From positions 193,698 to 257,697 of the forward strand of contig WRCD01000001.1 in the NCBI GenBank assembly GCA_009784185.1: a stretch of DNA of 64,000 nucleotides. Direction: 5' to 3'. A model generated the notes under the pieces. That model was given only the letters and a program-made list of their open reading frames with translations, did no database searches and was not told where the DNA came from. Made by a program: the position numbers and the translations under genes. The DNA is from Bacillota bacterium. Lineage in GTDB: Bacteria > Bacillota > Clostridia > Christensenellales > UBA1242. Below are positions 1-7,959 of the stretch, piece after piece; position 1 is the first letter of the stretch, and every line of letters begins with the position of its first letter.

Positions 1-410
1 TTGAAATGTTTAAAAAGCTGCTTGACCAGGCTCAGGCCGGCGACAACATTGGAGTTCTGCTCCGTGGTGTTGAGCGTAAAGACATTCAGAGAGGCCAGGT
101 GCTGGCTGCTCCTAAAAGCATTACACCTCACACAAGCTTTACTGCAAGTGTATACGTGTTAAAGAAGGAAGAAGGCGGAAGGTCTACTCCGTTCTTTACC
201 GGCTACCGACCTCAGTTCTACTTCAGAACAACCGACGTTACCGGCAGCATTGCGCTTCCTAAAAACGTTGAAATGGTTATGCCGGGCGACAACGTTGAAA
301 TGACAGTTGAGCTTATTACTCCAATTGCAATTGAAGAGGGCTTAAGATTTGCTATCCGTGAAGGCGGCAGAACAGTTGGCTCAGGCGTAGTTGCTAAGAT
401 TATTAAATAA
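1..410 (+). CDS. tuf: Elongation factor Tu, C-terminal part (5' end is upstream of the window)
   Basis: Translation [39 protein letters not shown] matches EF-Tu domains II/III. Followed by a hairpin plus T-run. Confidence 0.95.
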   Translation, partial: EMFKKLLDQAQAGDNIGVLLRGVERKDIQRGQVLAAPKSITPHTSFTASVYVLKKEEGGRSTPFFTGYRPQFYFRTTDVTGSIALPKNVEMVMPGDNVEMTVELITPIAIEEGLRFAIREGGRTVGSGVVAKIIK

Positions 411-441
411 TTAAGCAACGCCAAAATATTATGAAATAAAG

Positions 442-466
442 AAAACAGGCATGCGCCTGTTTTTTT
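442..466 (+). terminator. Intrinsic terminator after tuf
   Basis: ACAGGC-atgc-GCCTGT stem followed by T7. Confidence 0.8.
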
Positions 467-538
467 GCGCCACCTTTGGTGGCGGCTACCCCGTCAATCA
501 CTTCGTGATTGCCACCCCTTCAGAAAAGGGGAATTTTT
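467..538 (-). repeat. REP-like multi-hairpin element, long form (family 1)
   Basis: GCGCCACCtttgGTGGCGGC-TACCCCGTCAATCACttcgGTGATTG-CCACCCCTTcagaAAAGGGGAATTTTT. Its reverse complement has the family architecture AATTCCCCT..AGGGGTG..GACGGGGTA.. Confidence 0.8.
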
Positions 539-558
539 ATTGTACCACATTTAGAAGG

Positions 559-587
559 TTGATAAAATTGTTTGGCTGTGCTATAAT
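559..587 (+). promoter_or_regulatory. Sigma-70-type promoter for ORF 688
   Basis: TTGATA, 17 nt spacer, TGcTATAAT (extended -10). Confidence 0.55.
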
Positions 588-621
588 AACATTGAAACTT
601 TGAGAGAGGGTGACCAACATA

Positions 622-666
622 CACCCCGTCACTTCGTGACACCCCTCTAACTTAGAGGGGAATTTT
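622..666 (-). repeat. REP-like element (family 1) in the 5' UTR of ORF 688
   Basis: CACCCCGTCACttcgGTGACACCCCTCTaactTAGAGGGGAATTTTT, a hairpin plus T-run on the + strand. Confidence 0.8.
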
Positions 667-687
667 TCATAAAGGAGAAAGTGCCGT

Positions 688-2019
688 ATGGGTAATACAA
701 GGCCGATGGAAGCAGAGCGTTATTTATGTCCCGGAAGCGATAAGGGCTTTATTACCGATAAGGCAGCCATTGGTTGCTTGCGGGCTGAAAACAGGCTGGA
801 CGAAATTAACAACTTTCTCATGGGCTCGTTTACCGACCGCGGAGAGTACCATATAGATAAGCAGATTGTTCAGGAACTCTTGGGTATGCGCAAAATAGAG
901 TTTGTTAACGAAAAAACAGTAAATACTCCGGGCGCGGTGGTAAGCAAAACCAAGGAACTGATTTTTGCGGACAGTAAGGCAGCGTTTGTGCCTATGGGCA
1001 ATGTGCATTTTGCGGTTGAGTTTAGCGTGGCGGACGGCAAGGGCGTGGCGTTCCTCAATCTTATGGAAAACGTTGAACGCGCAAACGGATATGTAATAAA
1101 CACTAATACTTACCGCCTTGCTAAATATGTAAGCGAACCGGACAAGGCGTTTAAACTAAAAGCACGTAAAGCCTTTAATATAGTAACACAGATAGAGGAC
1201 GACGAGGACGGCGGACAGAAAATGGCGCCGGAAGTTTTTCCGCACTTGTTAGTGCATATAGGCTTTATTACCGTGGCGCAAAAGATTATTGAAAAGCGCT
1301 TGGAAAATATGCAGGAGCAGCACTTGCGTGAGCGGCTGGAGGCGTTGCTGCTTGGTGTAAACGGCAAACGGGTGCTGGATGCATACAACCTTGAGCGGGA
1401 AAAGATTGAACAGTTCTTTTTGCAGAACAAGAAGAACAAATACCGCAGCCTTAACGAGGTACTTAGCCGGGTAATTGATGTGGCGGAAGCAAACGGCACT
1501 CAGCTGGAGCCTGAGGTTAAAAACGGCCTTGCTAAGGCAAATGAACTGTTGCGCAGAAACACCGAGGAAATGCTTAAGGAAACCGATAAGCACCGCCCGG
1601 AAAAACCACAAGAAAAAGTGGATGCTAAACGCCTGCCTCCAAAAGTAATGGAGCAGACTGGCAAGGTGGGCGGCGGTAAGGTTGAAACGGCCGAGATTGT
1701 AACAAAATTTGAATCAGGCGCAGGCACGCCAAAAACTCCGGCTAGCGAGCAACTGCTTTATCCGCATCACTTGCAACCTGAGCAAGTGGTGGAGAATGTT
1801 GAGGCAATACAGCCGGAGAATGTAGTAAAGACCCCTGAGAATTCTGGTAAAAAACCAGCGAATACCGACGACGGCAAAATGGATATGTTTCGTGAAATAA
1901 AAGAAGCCAATACCGGAGTAGGGCAAGAAGTGGTTGGTTCTAACAGCAGGCGCGTGGGTGGTTCTAACAGTAGGCGCGTGACTAATACGAACGAAGGTGG
2001 TGGCATGACGCACACGTAA
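688..2019 (+). CDS. Hypothetical protein, 443 aa, with a C-terminal tandem GSNSRRV repeat
   Basis: Long ORF with AAAGGAG RBS 8 nt upstream. A 24-nt direct repeat lies at 1935-1979. No motif recognised. Confidence 0.8.
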   Translation: MGNTRPMEAERYLCPGSDKGFITDKAAIGCLRAENRLDEINNFLMGSFTDRGEYHIDKQIVQELLGMRKIEFVNEKTVNTPGAVVSKTKELIFADSKAAFVPMGNVHFAVEFSVADGKGVAFLNLMENVERANGYVINTNTYRLAKYVSEPDKAFKLKARKAFNIVTQIEDDEDGGQKMAPEVFPHLLVHIGFITVAQKIIEKRLENMQEQHLRERLEALLLGVNGKRVLDAYNLEREKIEQFFLQNKKNKYRSLNEVLSRVIDVAEANGTQLEPEVKNGLAKANELLRRNTEEMLKETDKHRPEKPQEKVDAKRLPPKVMEQTGKVGGGKVETAEIVTKFESGAGTPKTPASEQLLYPHHLQPEQVVENVEAIQPENVVKTPENSGKKPANTDDGKMDMFREIKEANTGVGQEVVGSNSRRVGGSNSRRVTNTNEGGGMTHT

Positions 2020-2026
2020 TCAATAA

Positions 2027-2056
2027 ACAAAAAAACCAAGAATCCTTGGTTTTTTA
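2027..2056. terminator. Bidirectional intrinsic terminator between convergent ORFs
   Basis: A6-CCAAG-aatc-CTTGG-T6. Confidence 0.75.
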
Positions 2057-2057
2057 T

Positions 2058-2945
2058 TTATTTTGTTAGATGTGCTGCTGAGGAGCTAACAACCTGAGAT
2101 GACAAGCTGGCCACTCTTTCCTGTATTCCGGGAATCTGTTTTGCTTGTGCCTCGTCGTAAAAACCTTCTTCAAAAACAACTCTTGAATATTTATTAAAAT
2201 TCAGGTCATGACCTTTAAGTCCACGATTCTCCCATGCCTCGGGCTTTTTTGCCGACGGGTTGTCTTTATACCATTTGGCTGCTATTGCTTTTGATAACGA
2301 TTCAAGCCTCTGCAGTTCCTCATAATGTTTGTTTGAGGTTCCAACACTCCTAGGCGCAAACTCTGCCGCAGGTTTTTTTAAAAGCTCATCCAGCTTAGTG
2401 CTTATTTCGTGTTTAACTACCTCGTCGTAACCAAAGTTTAAGTCGCTATATGTTCCGGTGGCAAGCAGGTCGGCAATGGTGTAGGTTGAGTTTATTAATG
2501 TAGCAATCTGGCCAAAGGTAACAATCTGGTCCGGCTTTGCGGGGTCTAAACTCTTTCCCGCAATTGCGGCATCAATCATGTTACCAAGCCTGTCATAATC
2601 CAGAGTAACACCATAAAAAGAAAGGAATAACAGGGCTTTGCTTTGTATCATGCTGCGGATTGCGTCTCTATGCTTTACATCCATATTTGGATGCTTTAGC
2701 AATTTGTCCTGAACTTCGGTTAAAAAGTGCGCGTGCAGCATTGTCATTGCTGGGTTCCGCTCGTTTACATTATCAAGGTTGTCGTCGTAAAGAGTTATTG
2801 AGTTGCTTGAATCAAAAATTTCAACAACGCCCATAAGCAGATTGTTGTTGCCAAAAGGCTTTGGCTCGCAGGGGTTGCCGTTCACGTTTATGACGTTCAT
2901 GGCTTTTAATTCGTTCCATTGTGCTTGCGTGTCCGCGGTCATCAT
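2058..2945 (-). CDS. Hypothetical protein, 295 aa
   Basis: Long ORF with AAGGAG RBS 8 nt upstream of ATG. No motif recognised. Confidence 0.8.
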   Translation of the reverse strand: MMTADTQAQWNELKAMNVINVNGNPCEPKPFGNNNLLMGVVEIFDSSNSITLYDDNLDNVNERNPAMTMLHAHFLTEVQDKLLKHPNMDVKHRDAIRSMIQSKALLFLSFYGVTLDYDRLGNMIDAAIAGKSLDPAKPDQIVTFGQIATLINSTYTIADLLATGTYSDLNFGYDEVVKHEISTKLDELLKKPAAEFAPRSVGTSNKHYEELQRLESLSKAIAAKWYKDNPSAKKPEAWENRGLKGHDLNFNKYSRVVFEEGFYDEAQAKQIPGIQERVASLSSQVVSSSAAHLTK

Positions 2946-3030
2946 GCTATAAACTCCTTAGTGTTTAATTTACTTATTAATTCTACCATATTTTATTTAA
3001 TTGTCAATAAGTTTATTAAAGATTTTTTCA

Positions 3031-3059
3031 TTGCTTTTCAAATGGGATTAAGGTATAAT
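3031..3059 (+). promoter_or_regulatory. Promoter of the ABC transporter operon
   Basis: TTGCTT, 17 nt spacer, TATAAT. Confidence 0.5.
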
Positions 3060-3073
3060 GAGATGAAACAAAA

Positions 3074-3113
3074 GATTCCCCTTTAAGATAAAGGGGTGCC
3101 CGAAGGGCGGGGT
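3074..3113 (+). repeat. REP-like element (family 1)
   Basis: GATTCCCCTTTaagaTAAAGGGGTG-CCCgaagGGCGGGGTA. Confidence 0.8.
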
Positions 3114-3129
3114 ATGTGAAAAAGCTTAT

Positions 3130-3204
3130 GCGCCGCCAATGGCGGCGGCTACCCCGTCTGTCTGCGCTACGCTTGACATCCACCCCGAAGGAATTGGGGA
3201 ATTT
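3130..3204 (-). repeat. REP-like element, long form (family 1)
   Basis: GCGCCGCCaatGGCGGCGGC-TACCCCGTC...CCACCCCGAAggaaTTGGGGAATTT. Inverted relative to the copy at 3074. Confidence 0.8.
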
Positions 3205-3247
3205 GTTCGGGACAGTCTCTGCAGGAAACTACCACAGGAGGTACACT

Positions 3248-4114
3248 ATGATACCAATACAATTAGACAGCTTAAAGAAATATTACGGAACCAGCGTTGG
3301 TGTTGAGGATGTTAGTTTTTGCGTAAACGCAGGCGAGGTGTTTGGTTTTATCGGGCCAAACGGTGCGGGCAAAAGCACCGCAATCCGTGTACTTATGGGG
3401 TTTTTGCGTCCAACCGGCGGCTCGGCAGATATCTTAGGGATAAACTGCTTTACCAACGGAGAGAAAGCAAGAGCTCAAGTTGGATATGTGCCTGCCGAGG
3501 TTGCGGCTTATCCAAACATGACCGCCAAGCAGTTTTTAAAATATACTGCCGAACTTAAAGGCAGAGGTGCAGACCGCATTGAGGAGCTGGCGGTTAAGTT
3601 TGAGCTGCCGCTTAACAGGAAGATTGCTCACCTCAGCACCGGCAATAAAAAGAAGATAAGCATAATTTCTGCGCTAATCAGCACTCCAAAGGTTTTAATC
3701 TTTGATGAGCCCACCAGCGGGCTGGACCCGTTAATGCAGCAGGTGTTTTTCAGCGTGTTGGATGAAGAGCGCCAGCGCGGCACCGCAATACTCTTATCCA
3801 GCCACAACCTGACCGAAGTACAAAAGATATGCGACAGGGTTGGCATAATTAAGCGCGGCAAGGTAATAAGCGTTGAGTCGGTTAAGGCACTGCGTGACAA
3901 AACAATTAAAAATGTGGAGTTTACCACAAAAGACACAAAGCCTGAGGTTAACCTTATTGGTGTAAAAAACCTGACCGTAAACGAAAAAACTTATAAGTTT
4001 AAATATGTAGGGGATATGAAGGACTTAATCAACTACCTGTCTACATTGGATTTGCTGAATGTGTCAATAACAGACAGTAACCTGGATGAGATGTTTTTAC
4101 ATTATTATGATTAA
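3248..4114 (+). CDS. ABC transporter ATP-binding protein
   Basis: Walker A GPNGAGKST, signature LSTGNKKK, Walker B LIFDEPTSGLD, H-loop SSHNL. AGGAGG RBS before ATG 3248. Confidence 0.9.
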   Translation: MIPIQLDSLKKYYGTSVGVEDVSFCVNAGEVFGFIGPNGAGKSTAIRVLMGFLRPTGGSADILGINCFTNGEKARAQVGYVPAEVAAYPNMTAKQFLKYTAELKGRGADRIEELAVKFELPLNRKIAHLSTGNKKKISIISALISTPKVLIFDEPTSGLDPLMQQVFFSVLDEERQRGTAILLSSHNLTEVQKICDRVGIIKRGKVISVESVKALRDKTIKNVEFTTKDTKPEVNLIGVKNLTVNEKTYKFKYVGDMKDLINYLSTLDLLNVSITDSNLDEMFLHYYD

Positions 4115-4116
4115 TT

Positions 4117-4211
4117 ACAAATATCAAATATCAATTAAGGATTTATAAAAGTTTATCTCGGAGCATTGCTGCCCGGCAACTGATATTTGATATTTAATAA
4201 TTGATAATTGA
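4117..4211. repeat. Palindromic element with heptamer-repeat arms (family 2, CAAATAT arm variant)
   Basis: Left arm CAAATATCAAATATCA and right arm TGATATTTGATATTT flank the core TCTCGGAGCATTGCTGCCCGG, which resembles the family core TCGGAGCGCAAGCGACC. Confidence 0.7.
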
Positions 4212-4235
4212 ATCGAAAGGACGATATAACGAAAT

Positions 4236-4469
4236 ATGAATAAAATAGAAACTGTTTATGAGGTTACGCTTGCTGATGGAACAATGATGAGAATGACACG
4301 CAATAAATGGCTGAAATACCTTGAAGAACATCCCGAATATGCCGAATATCTCAGTCAAGACGAGAGTCGTTCTAATCCGTTTGACAATATAACTATAGAG
4401 CAGTTAAAAGAAGAAGCAGAACTTTTGAAGGAGCGTAAGAAATTTATATTTGAACCAAAGGGAGTATAG
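4236..4469 (+). CDS. Small hypothetical protein, 77 aa
   Basis: ORF lying between the ABC ATPase and the permease. Weak RBS, no motif. Confidence 0.5.
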   Translation: MNKIETVYEVTLADGTMMRMTRNKWLKYLEEHPEYAEYLSQDESRSNPFDNITIEQLKEEAELLKERKKFIFEPKGV

Positions 4470-4470
4470 C

Positions 4471-5406
4471 ATGAGCAACGACAATGTTAAGCTAAGCCTT
4501 AACGACTTAAATAAAAAGGGCAGAGAAAAGGTATACGCCAAGCGCAAAGCTGTTGCGGTAAGCGGGGACGTTACTCTTGCGCTGCACGAAACAGTTCCTA
4601 CCGCCGCCGGAAAGACAAGGCGCTTATCAAGGCTGTTTTGCGGTGAGCATAAGCAGATGCACAAGCTTACGCTCATCTGGCTTGCGGTAATTGCGGGGCT
4701 TTGTCTTATTACTGCTGCGGTGTATCCGCTGGTTAAGGTTGCGTTTAGCGAAATGACGGCAATGATTGATTCGTTGCCCGAAATCTGGCAGGATATGATA
4801 GTAGCAATGTTTGGGCTTATGGACACCTTTGTAAATTATTATATATTAAGTGCCGGGCTTGGAATGATGGTTGGATTATTTGCCGGTATTATTGCGGGCA
4901 ATGTGTTTAGTAAAGACAACAAGGGCAATGCGGCAGAGTTTTTGTATAGTATGCCGATTTCAAGAAACAAAATAGCGGCAGTTAAGCTTGGAGTGTTGGT
5001 TAGTATTGTAACGCTGTTTAATGCGGGCATTGCATTGTTCAGCCTGATTATGGCATGGTGCTTTTCGGGCGGTGAGGTTATTGCGTACGGCACATTATTT
5101 GCGCATTTTGGGTCAATCCTGTTAATGAGCCTGCTTATTGCTGCGTTTGTATTCGGGCTTAGCATGCTGAGCAAAAAGCGTATAGGCCTGGGCCTTGCGC
5201 TCGGGCTGGTGCTTATAATGTACTTCCTGTTTATAATCAGTGCGGTTGATCCGGCGGTGGAGTTTATAAAATACTTTACGCCAATGGGTATTCCAACTAT
5301 GATAGGCACCCCGTTTGAGTGGGCGGTTGCGGTTGTTTGGGCAGGTCTTGCCCTTGTTACACTGGTGGCCGGCTTCGTAAGATTTAAAAGACAAGACCTA
5401 GTTTAA
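4471..5406 (+). CDS. ABC-2-type transporter permease
   Basis: About 6 hydrophobic segments after a basic N-terminal region. AAGGGAG RBS before ATG 4471. Adjacent to the ABC ATPase. Confidence 0.75.
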   Translation: MSNDNVKLSLNDLNKKGREKVYAKRKAVAVSGDVTLALHETVPTAAGKTRRLSRLFCGEHKQMHKLTLIWLAVIAGLCLITAAVYPLVKVAFSEMTAMIDSLPEIWQDMIVAMFGLMDTFVNYYILSAGLGMMVGLFAGIIAGNVFSKDNKGNAAEFLYSMPISRNKIAAVKLGVLVSIVTLFNAGIALFSLIMAWCFSGGEVIAYGTLFAHFGSILLMSLLIAAFVFGLSMLSKKRIGLGLALGLVLIMYFLFIISAVDPAVEFIKYFTPMGIPTMIGTPFEWAVAVVWAGLALVTLVAGFVRFKRQDLV

Positions 5407-5421
5407 ATTAATGAAATTCTA

Positions 5422-5450
5422 TTGACACCCCGTTAAAATTGTGCTATTAT
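5422..5450 (+). promoter_or_regulatory. Promoter of rpmG-secE-nusG
   Basis: TTGACA, 17 nt spacer, TGcTATTAT. Confidence 0.6.
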
Positions 5451-5502
5451 GTCTTGAGCACAACCTAACGGGGTGTTTATTTTATTAAAGGATGTAACCA
5501 AT

Positions 5503-5652
5503 ATGCGTACAAACATAACCTTGGCTTGCTCGGTTTGCAAAGAGCGTAACTATGTGTCGGTTAAAAACAAAAAGAATGACCCCGACAGGCTGGAGATGAA
5601 AAAGTTTTGCCCGAGATGCAAAAAAACAACCGACCACAAAGAAACCAAGTAA
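5503..5652 (+). CDS. rpmG: 50S ribosomal protein L33 (below the ORF-track size cutoff)
   Basis: [49 protein letters not shown]. CxxC..CxxC L33 pattern, located upstream of secE. Confidence 0.9.
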   Translation: MRTNITLACSVCKERNYVSVKNKKNDPDRLEMKKFCPRCKKTTDHKETK

Positions 5653-5664
5653 TAAGGAATTATT

Positions 5665-5976
5665 ATGTCTAACAATAACGAGCATCTTATGGATGCAACC
5701 GAGCGCAAACAGGCTAAGGCGGATGCTAAGCAGGCAAGAAGAGACGCTAAGCACGGTCCGCAAAAAGCAAAGCGTGAGCGTAAAAAGCTTAATATAGGTA
5801 AGAAAATAAAAGAAACAGGCAGTGAGCTTAAAAAGGTTACGTGGCCTGCTTTCCCAACGGTAGTTAAAAAGACAGGAGTTGTTATTGCAGTGGTGCTGTT
5901 CTTTTTGGTAGTGCTGTTTGGCATTGACTATCTGCTGCAGTTTTTACACAAGTTGCTGCTTACGGGCAGTCTATAA
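5665..5976 (+). CDS. secE: Preprotein translocase subunit SecE, with a basic N-terminal extension
   Basis: ELKKVTWP motif plus a single C-terminal TM helix. Positioned between rpmG and nusG. Confidence 0.9.
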   Translation: MSNNNEHLMDATERKQAKADAKQARRDAKHGPQKAKRERKKLNIGKKIKETGSELKKVTWPAFPTVVKKTGVVIAVVLFFLVVLFGIDYLLQFLHKLLLTGSL

Positions 5977-5991
5977 AATGGAGACAAAGTT

Positions 5992-6528
5992 ATGAGCGAA
6001 AACAAATTTATCAGTAAAGAGCCGTTGTGGTATGTATTACACACATTTTCCGGATATGAAGCAGTTGCTAAGCAAAACCTGGAGCAGGTGATAGAAAACG
6101 GCAACCTTCAGGACAGAATTTTTGAAATTGTGATTCCCACCGAGGATGTTATTGAAGACAGCAAGGGCAAACGCAAGCTTGTTACCCGTAAAAGTATGCC
6201 GTGCTACATTCTGGTTAAAATGATTTACGGCGACGACATATGGCATACCGTAACTCATACCCGCGGCATTACCGGTTTTGTAGGCCCTAAGGGCAGACCG
6301 CTGCCGCTTACCGAAGATGAGATACGCAAGATGCACTTAGAAAAAGTTGAAGTAGATTTCAGCCTTGCAGTAGGTGACACAATAGAGATTATATCAGGCG
6401 CACTGTTTGGGACAATAGGTACAGTAATTAAGGTTGACGATATTAACCAGAAGTGCAGAGCAAACGTAAATATGTTTGACAGGGAAACACCGGTTGAGCT
6501 GAAATACGCTGAGATTAAGAAATGTTAG
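5992..6528 (+). CDS. nusG: Transcription termination/antitermination factor NusG
   Basis: WYVLHTFSGYE NGN domain and a C-terminal KOW. Conserved position. Confidence 0.95.
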   Translation: MSENKFISKEPLWYVLHTFSGYEAVAKQNLEQVIENGNLQDRIFEIVIPTEDVIEDSKGKRKLVTRKSMPCYILVKMIYGDDIWHTVTHTRGITGFVGPKGRPLPLTEDEIRKMHLEKVEVDFSLAVGDTIEIISGALFGTIGTVIKVDDINQKCRANVNMFDRETPVELKYAEIKKC

Positions 6529-6533
6529 ATTAT

Positions 6534-6642
6534 ACAGGTAACAAGTAACAGGTAACAGGTAACAACGATGGGTCACTTCGTTCCAATTAATATCGGAGCG
6601 CAAGCGACCAACAGTTGTTCCCTGTTCCCTGTTACCTGTTAC
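6534..6642. repeat. Complete palindromic element with (AACAGGT)n heptamer arms (family 2)
   Basis: ACAGGTAACAAGTAACAGGTAACAGGTAACA..GGGTCACTTCGTTCCAAT-taat-ATCGGAGCGCAAGCGACC..TGTTCCCTGTTCCCTGTTACCTGTTAC. Confidence 0.85.
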
Positions 6643-6715
6643 TTATATATAGTGGGAGATGTGTAAAAATATTTGTAATTTACACCTCGCTAATACCACA
6701 AAAGGAGATGAACTT

Positions 6716-7150
6716 ATGGCAGTTAAAAAACCAGTAAACCAGGTAAAAATTCAATTGCCGGGCGGCAAGGCCGCACCGGGGCCGCAGTTGGGCAGCTCAC
6801 TAGGACCAACAGGCATAAACATGGCTATGTTTATTAAAGAATTCAACGAAAGGACGGCAGACAAGGCCGGCATGATTACTCCATGTATAATCAGCATTTA
6901 TGCCGACCGCACTTTTACGTTTGAAATTAAAACTCCGCCGGCAACAGTGCTGATTAAAAAGGCTGCAGGCGTTGAAAAGGGCTCGGCTAAAAGCAAGAAA
7001 GTTAAGGCGGGGCAAATTACTTCTGCCCAGGTTAAAGAAATTGCAGCATTAAAAATGGCAGACCTTAACGCCGGTTCGGCGGAAGCAGCAGGCAGCATGA
7101 TTAAGGGCACGGCCAGAAGCATGGGAATTGAGGTGAAAGACGATGAATAG
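6716..7150 (+). CDS. rplK: 50S ribosomal protein L11
   Basis: [35 protein letters not shown], conserved position. Confidence 0.95.
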   Translation: MAVKKPVNQVKIQLPGGKAAPGPQLGSSLGPTGINMAMFIKEFNERTADKAGMITPCIISIYADRTFTFEIKTPPATVLIKKAAGVEKGSAKSKKVKAGQITSAQVKEIAALKMADLNAGSAEAAGSMIKGTARSMGIEVKDDE

Positions 7151-7844
7151 AACAAAGAGTTATTTAGAGGCAGCTAAGCTGGTTGACCAGGAAAAAAGTT
7201 ATTTAAGCAGAGAGGCGCTTGAGCTTGTGCTGAAAACCGCAAGAGCAAAGTTTGACGAGTCGGTTGAGCTTCACGTAAAGCTTGGGGTTGACAGCAGACA
7301 GGCAGACCAGCAGGTGCGCGGCACAGTTGTGCTGCCGGCAGGAACAGGAAAGAAGCTTAAAGTGCTTGTAATTGCCAAAGGCGATAAAGCAGACGAAGCC
7401 ATGAAAGCCGGTGCCGACCATGTTGGAGGCGAAGAGATTGTAGCTAAAATTGCGGGGCAGAACTGGCTGGACTTTGATGTATGTATTACCACACCGGATA
7501 TGATGGGCGTAGTTGGCAGAGCGGCTAAAATTCTTGGACCAAAAGGCTTAATGCCTAACCCCAAATCAGGTACCGTAACCAATGATGTAACCAAGGCCAT
7601 TAACGATGTTAAAATGGGTAAGGTTGAGTACCGACTGGAGAAAAACAACATAGTGCATTGTGCCATAGGCAAGGTTAGTTTTGGTGCAGACAAGCTGCAG
7701 GAAAACCTTGATGCGCTTATGAGTGCACTGATTAGAGCAAAGCCCGCAAGCAGCAAAGGTATATACCTGCGCTCGGTTACGCTGGCAACAACAATGGGCC
7801 CCGGAGTACGCGTAGACTACAAACTGCCCGAAAAAGAGAAATAG
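7143..7844 (+). CDS. rplA: 50S ribosomal protein L1
   Basis: [24 protein letters not shown] motifs. Overlaps the rplK stop by 8 nt. Confidence 0.95.
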   Translation: MNRTKSYLEAAKLVDQEKSYLSREALELVLKTARAKFDESVELHVKLGVDSRQADQQVRGTVVLPAGTGKKLKVLVIAKGDKADEAMKAGADHVGGEEIVAKIAGQNWLDFDVCITTPDMMGVVGRAAKILGPKGLMPNPKSGTVTNDVTKAINDVKMGKVEYRLEKNNIVHCAIGKVSFGADKLQENLDALMSALIRAKPASSKGIYLRSVTLATTMGPGVRVDYKLPEKEK

Positions 7845-7862
7845 ATATCATACGACACCAAA

Positions 7863-7906
7863 AATTCCCCTCTATAAGAGGGGTGCCGCAAAGCGGCGGG
7901 GTGTGG
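7863..7906 (+). repeat. REP-like element (family 1)
   Basis: AATTCCCCTCTataaGAGGGGTG-CCGCaaaGCGGCGGGGTGTGG. Confidence 0.8.
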
Positions 7907-7915
7907 ATGGAGAAT

Positions 7916-7950
7916 ATAAAAAAGTTTTGTGAGATTTCACAAAACTTTTT
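7916..7950. terminator. Bidirectional terminator between rplA and the convergent orphan
   Basis: AAAAGTTTTGTGA-gat-TTCACAAAACTTTTTT. Confidence 0.75.
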
Positions 7951-7959
7951 TGTTTTTGG

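Noticed and set aside
3116-3247. N-terminal 44-aa extension of the ABC ATPase offered by the ORF track
   Set aside because: The extension is encoded by the inverted REP copy at 3130-3204. A strong AGGAGG RBS precedes ATG 3248, and the ATPase domain starts there.
411-5406. Possible genomic island or mobile element after tuf
   Set aside because: I could see no integrase, transposase, tRNA target or long direct repeats. Only small REP-like elements are present.
6651-6715. L1-binding leader upstream of rplK (GGGAGATGTGTAAA..TTTACACCTC hairpin)
   Set aside because: A GGGAG-containing hairpin is present. I cannot verify resemblance to the L1 mRNA or rRNA site without an alignment or covariance model, which is too weak to call a feature.
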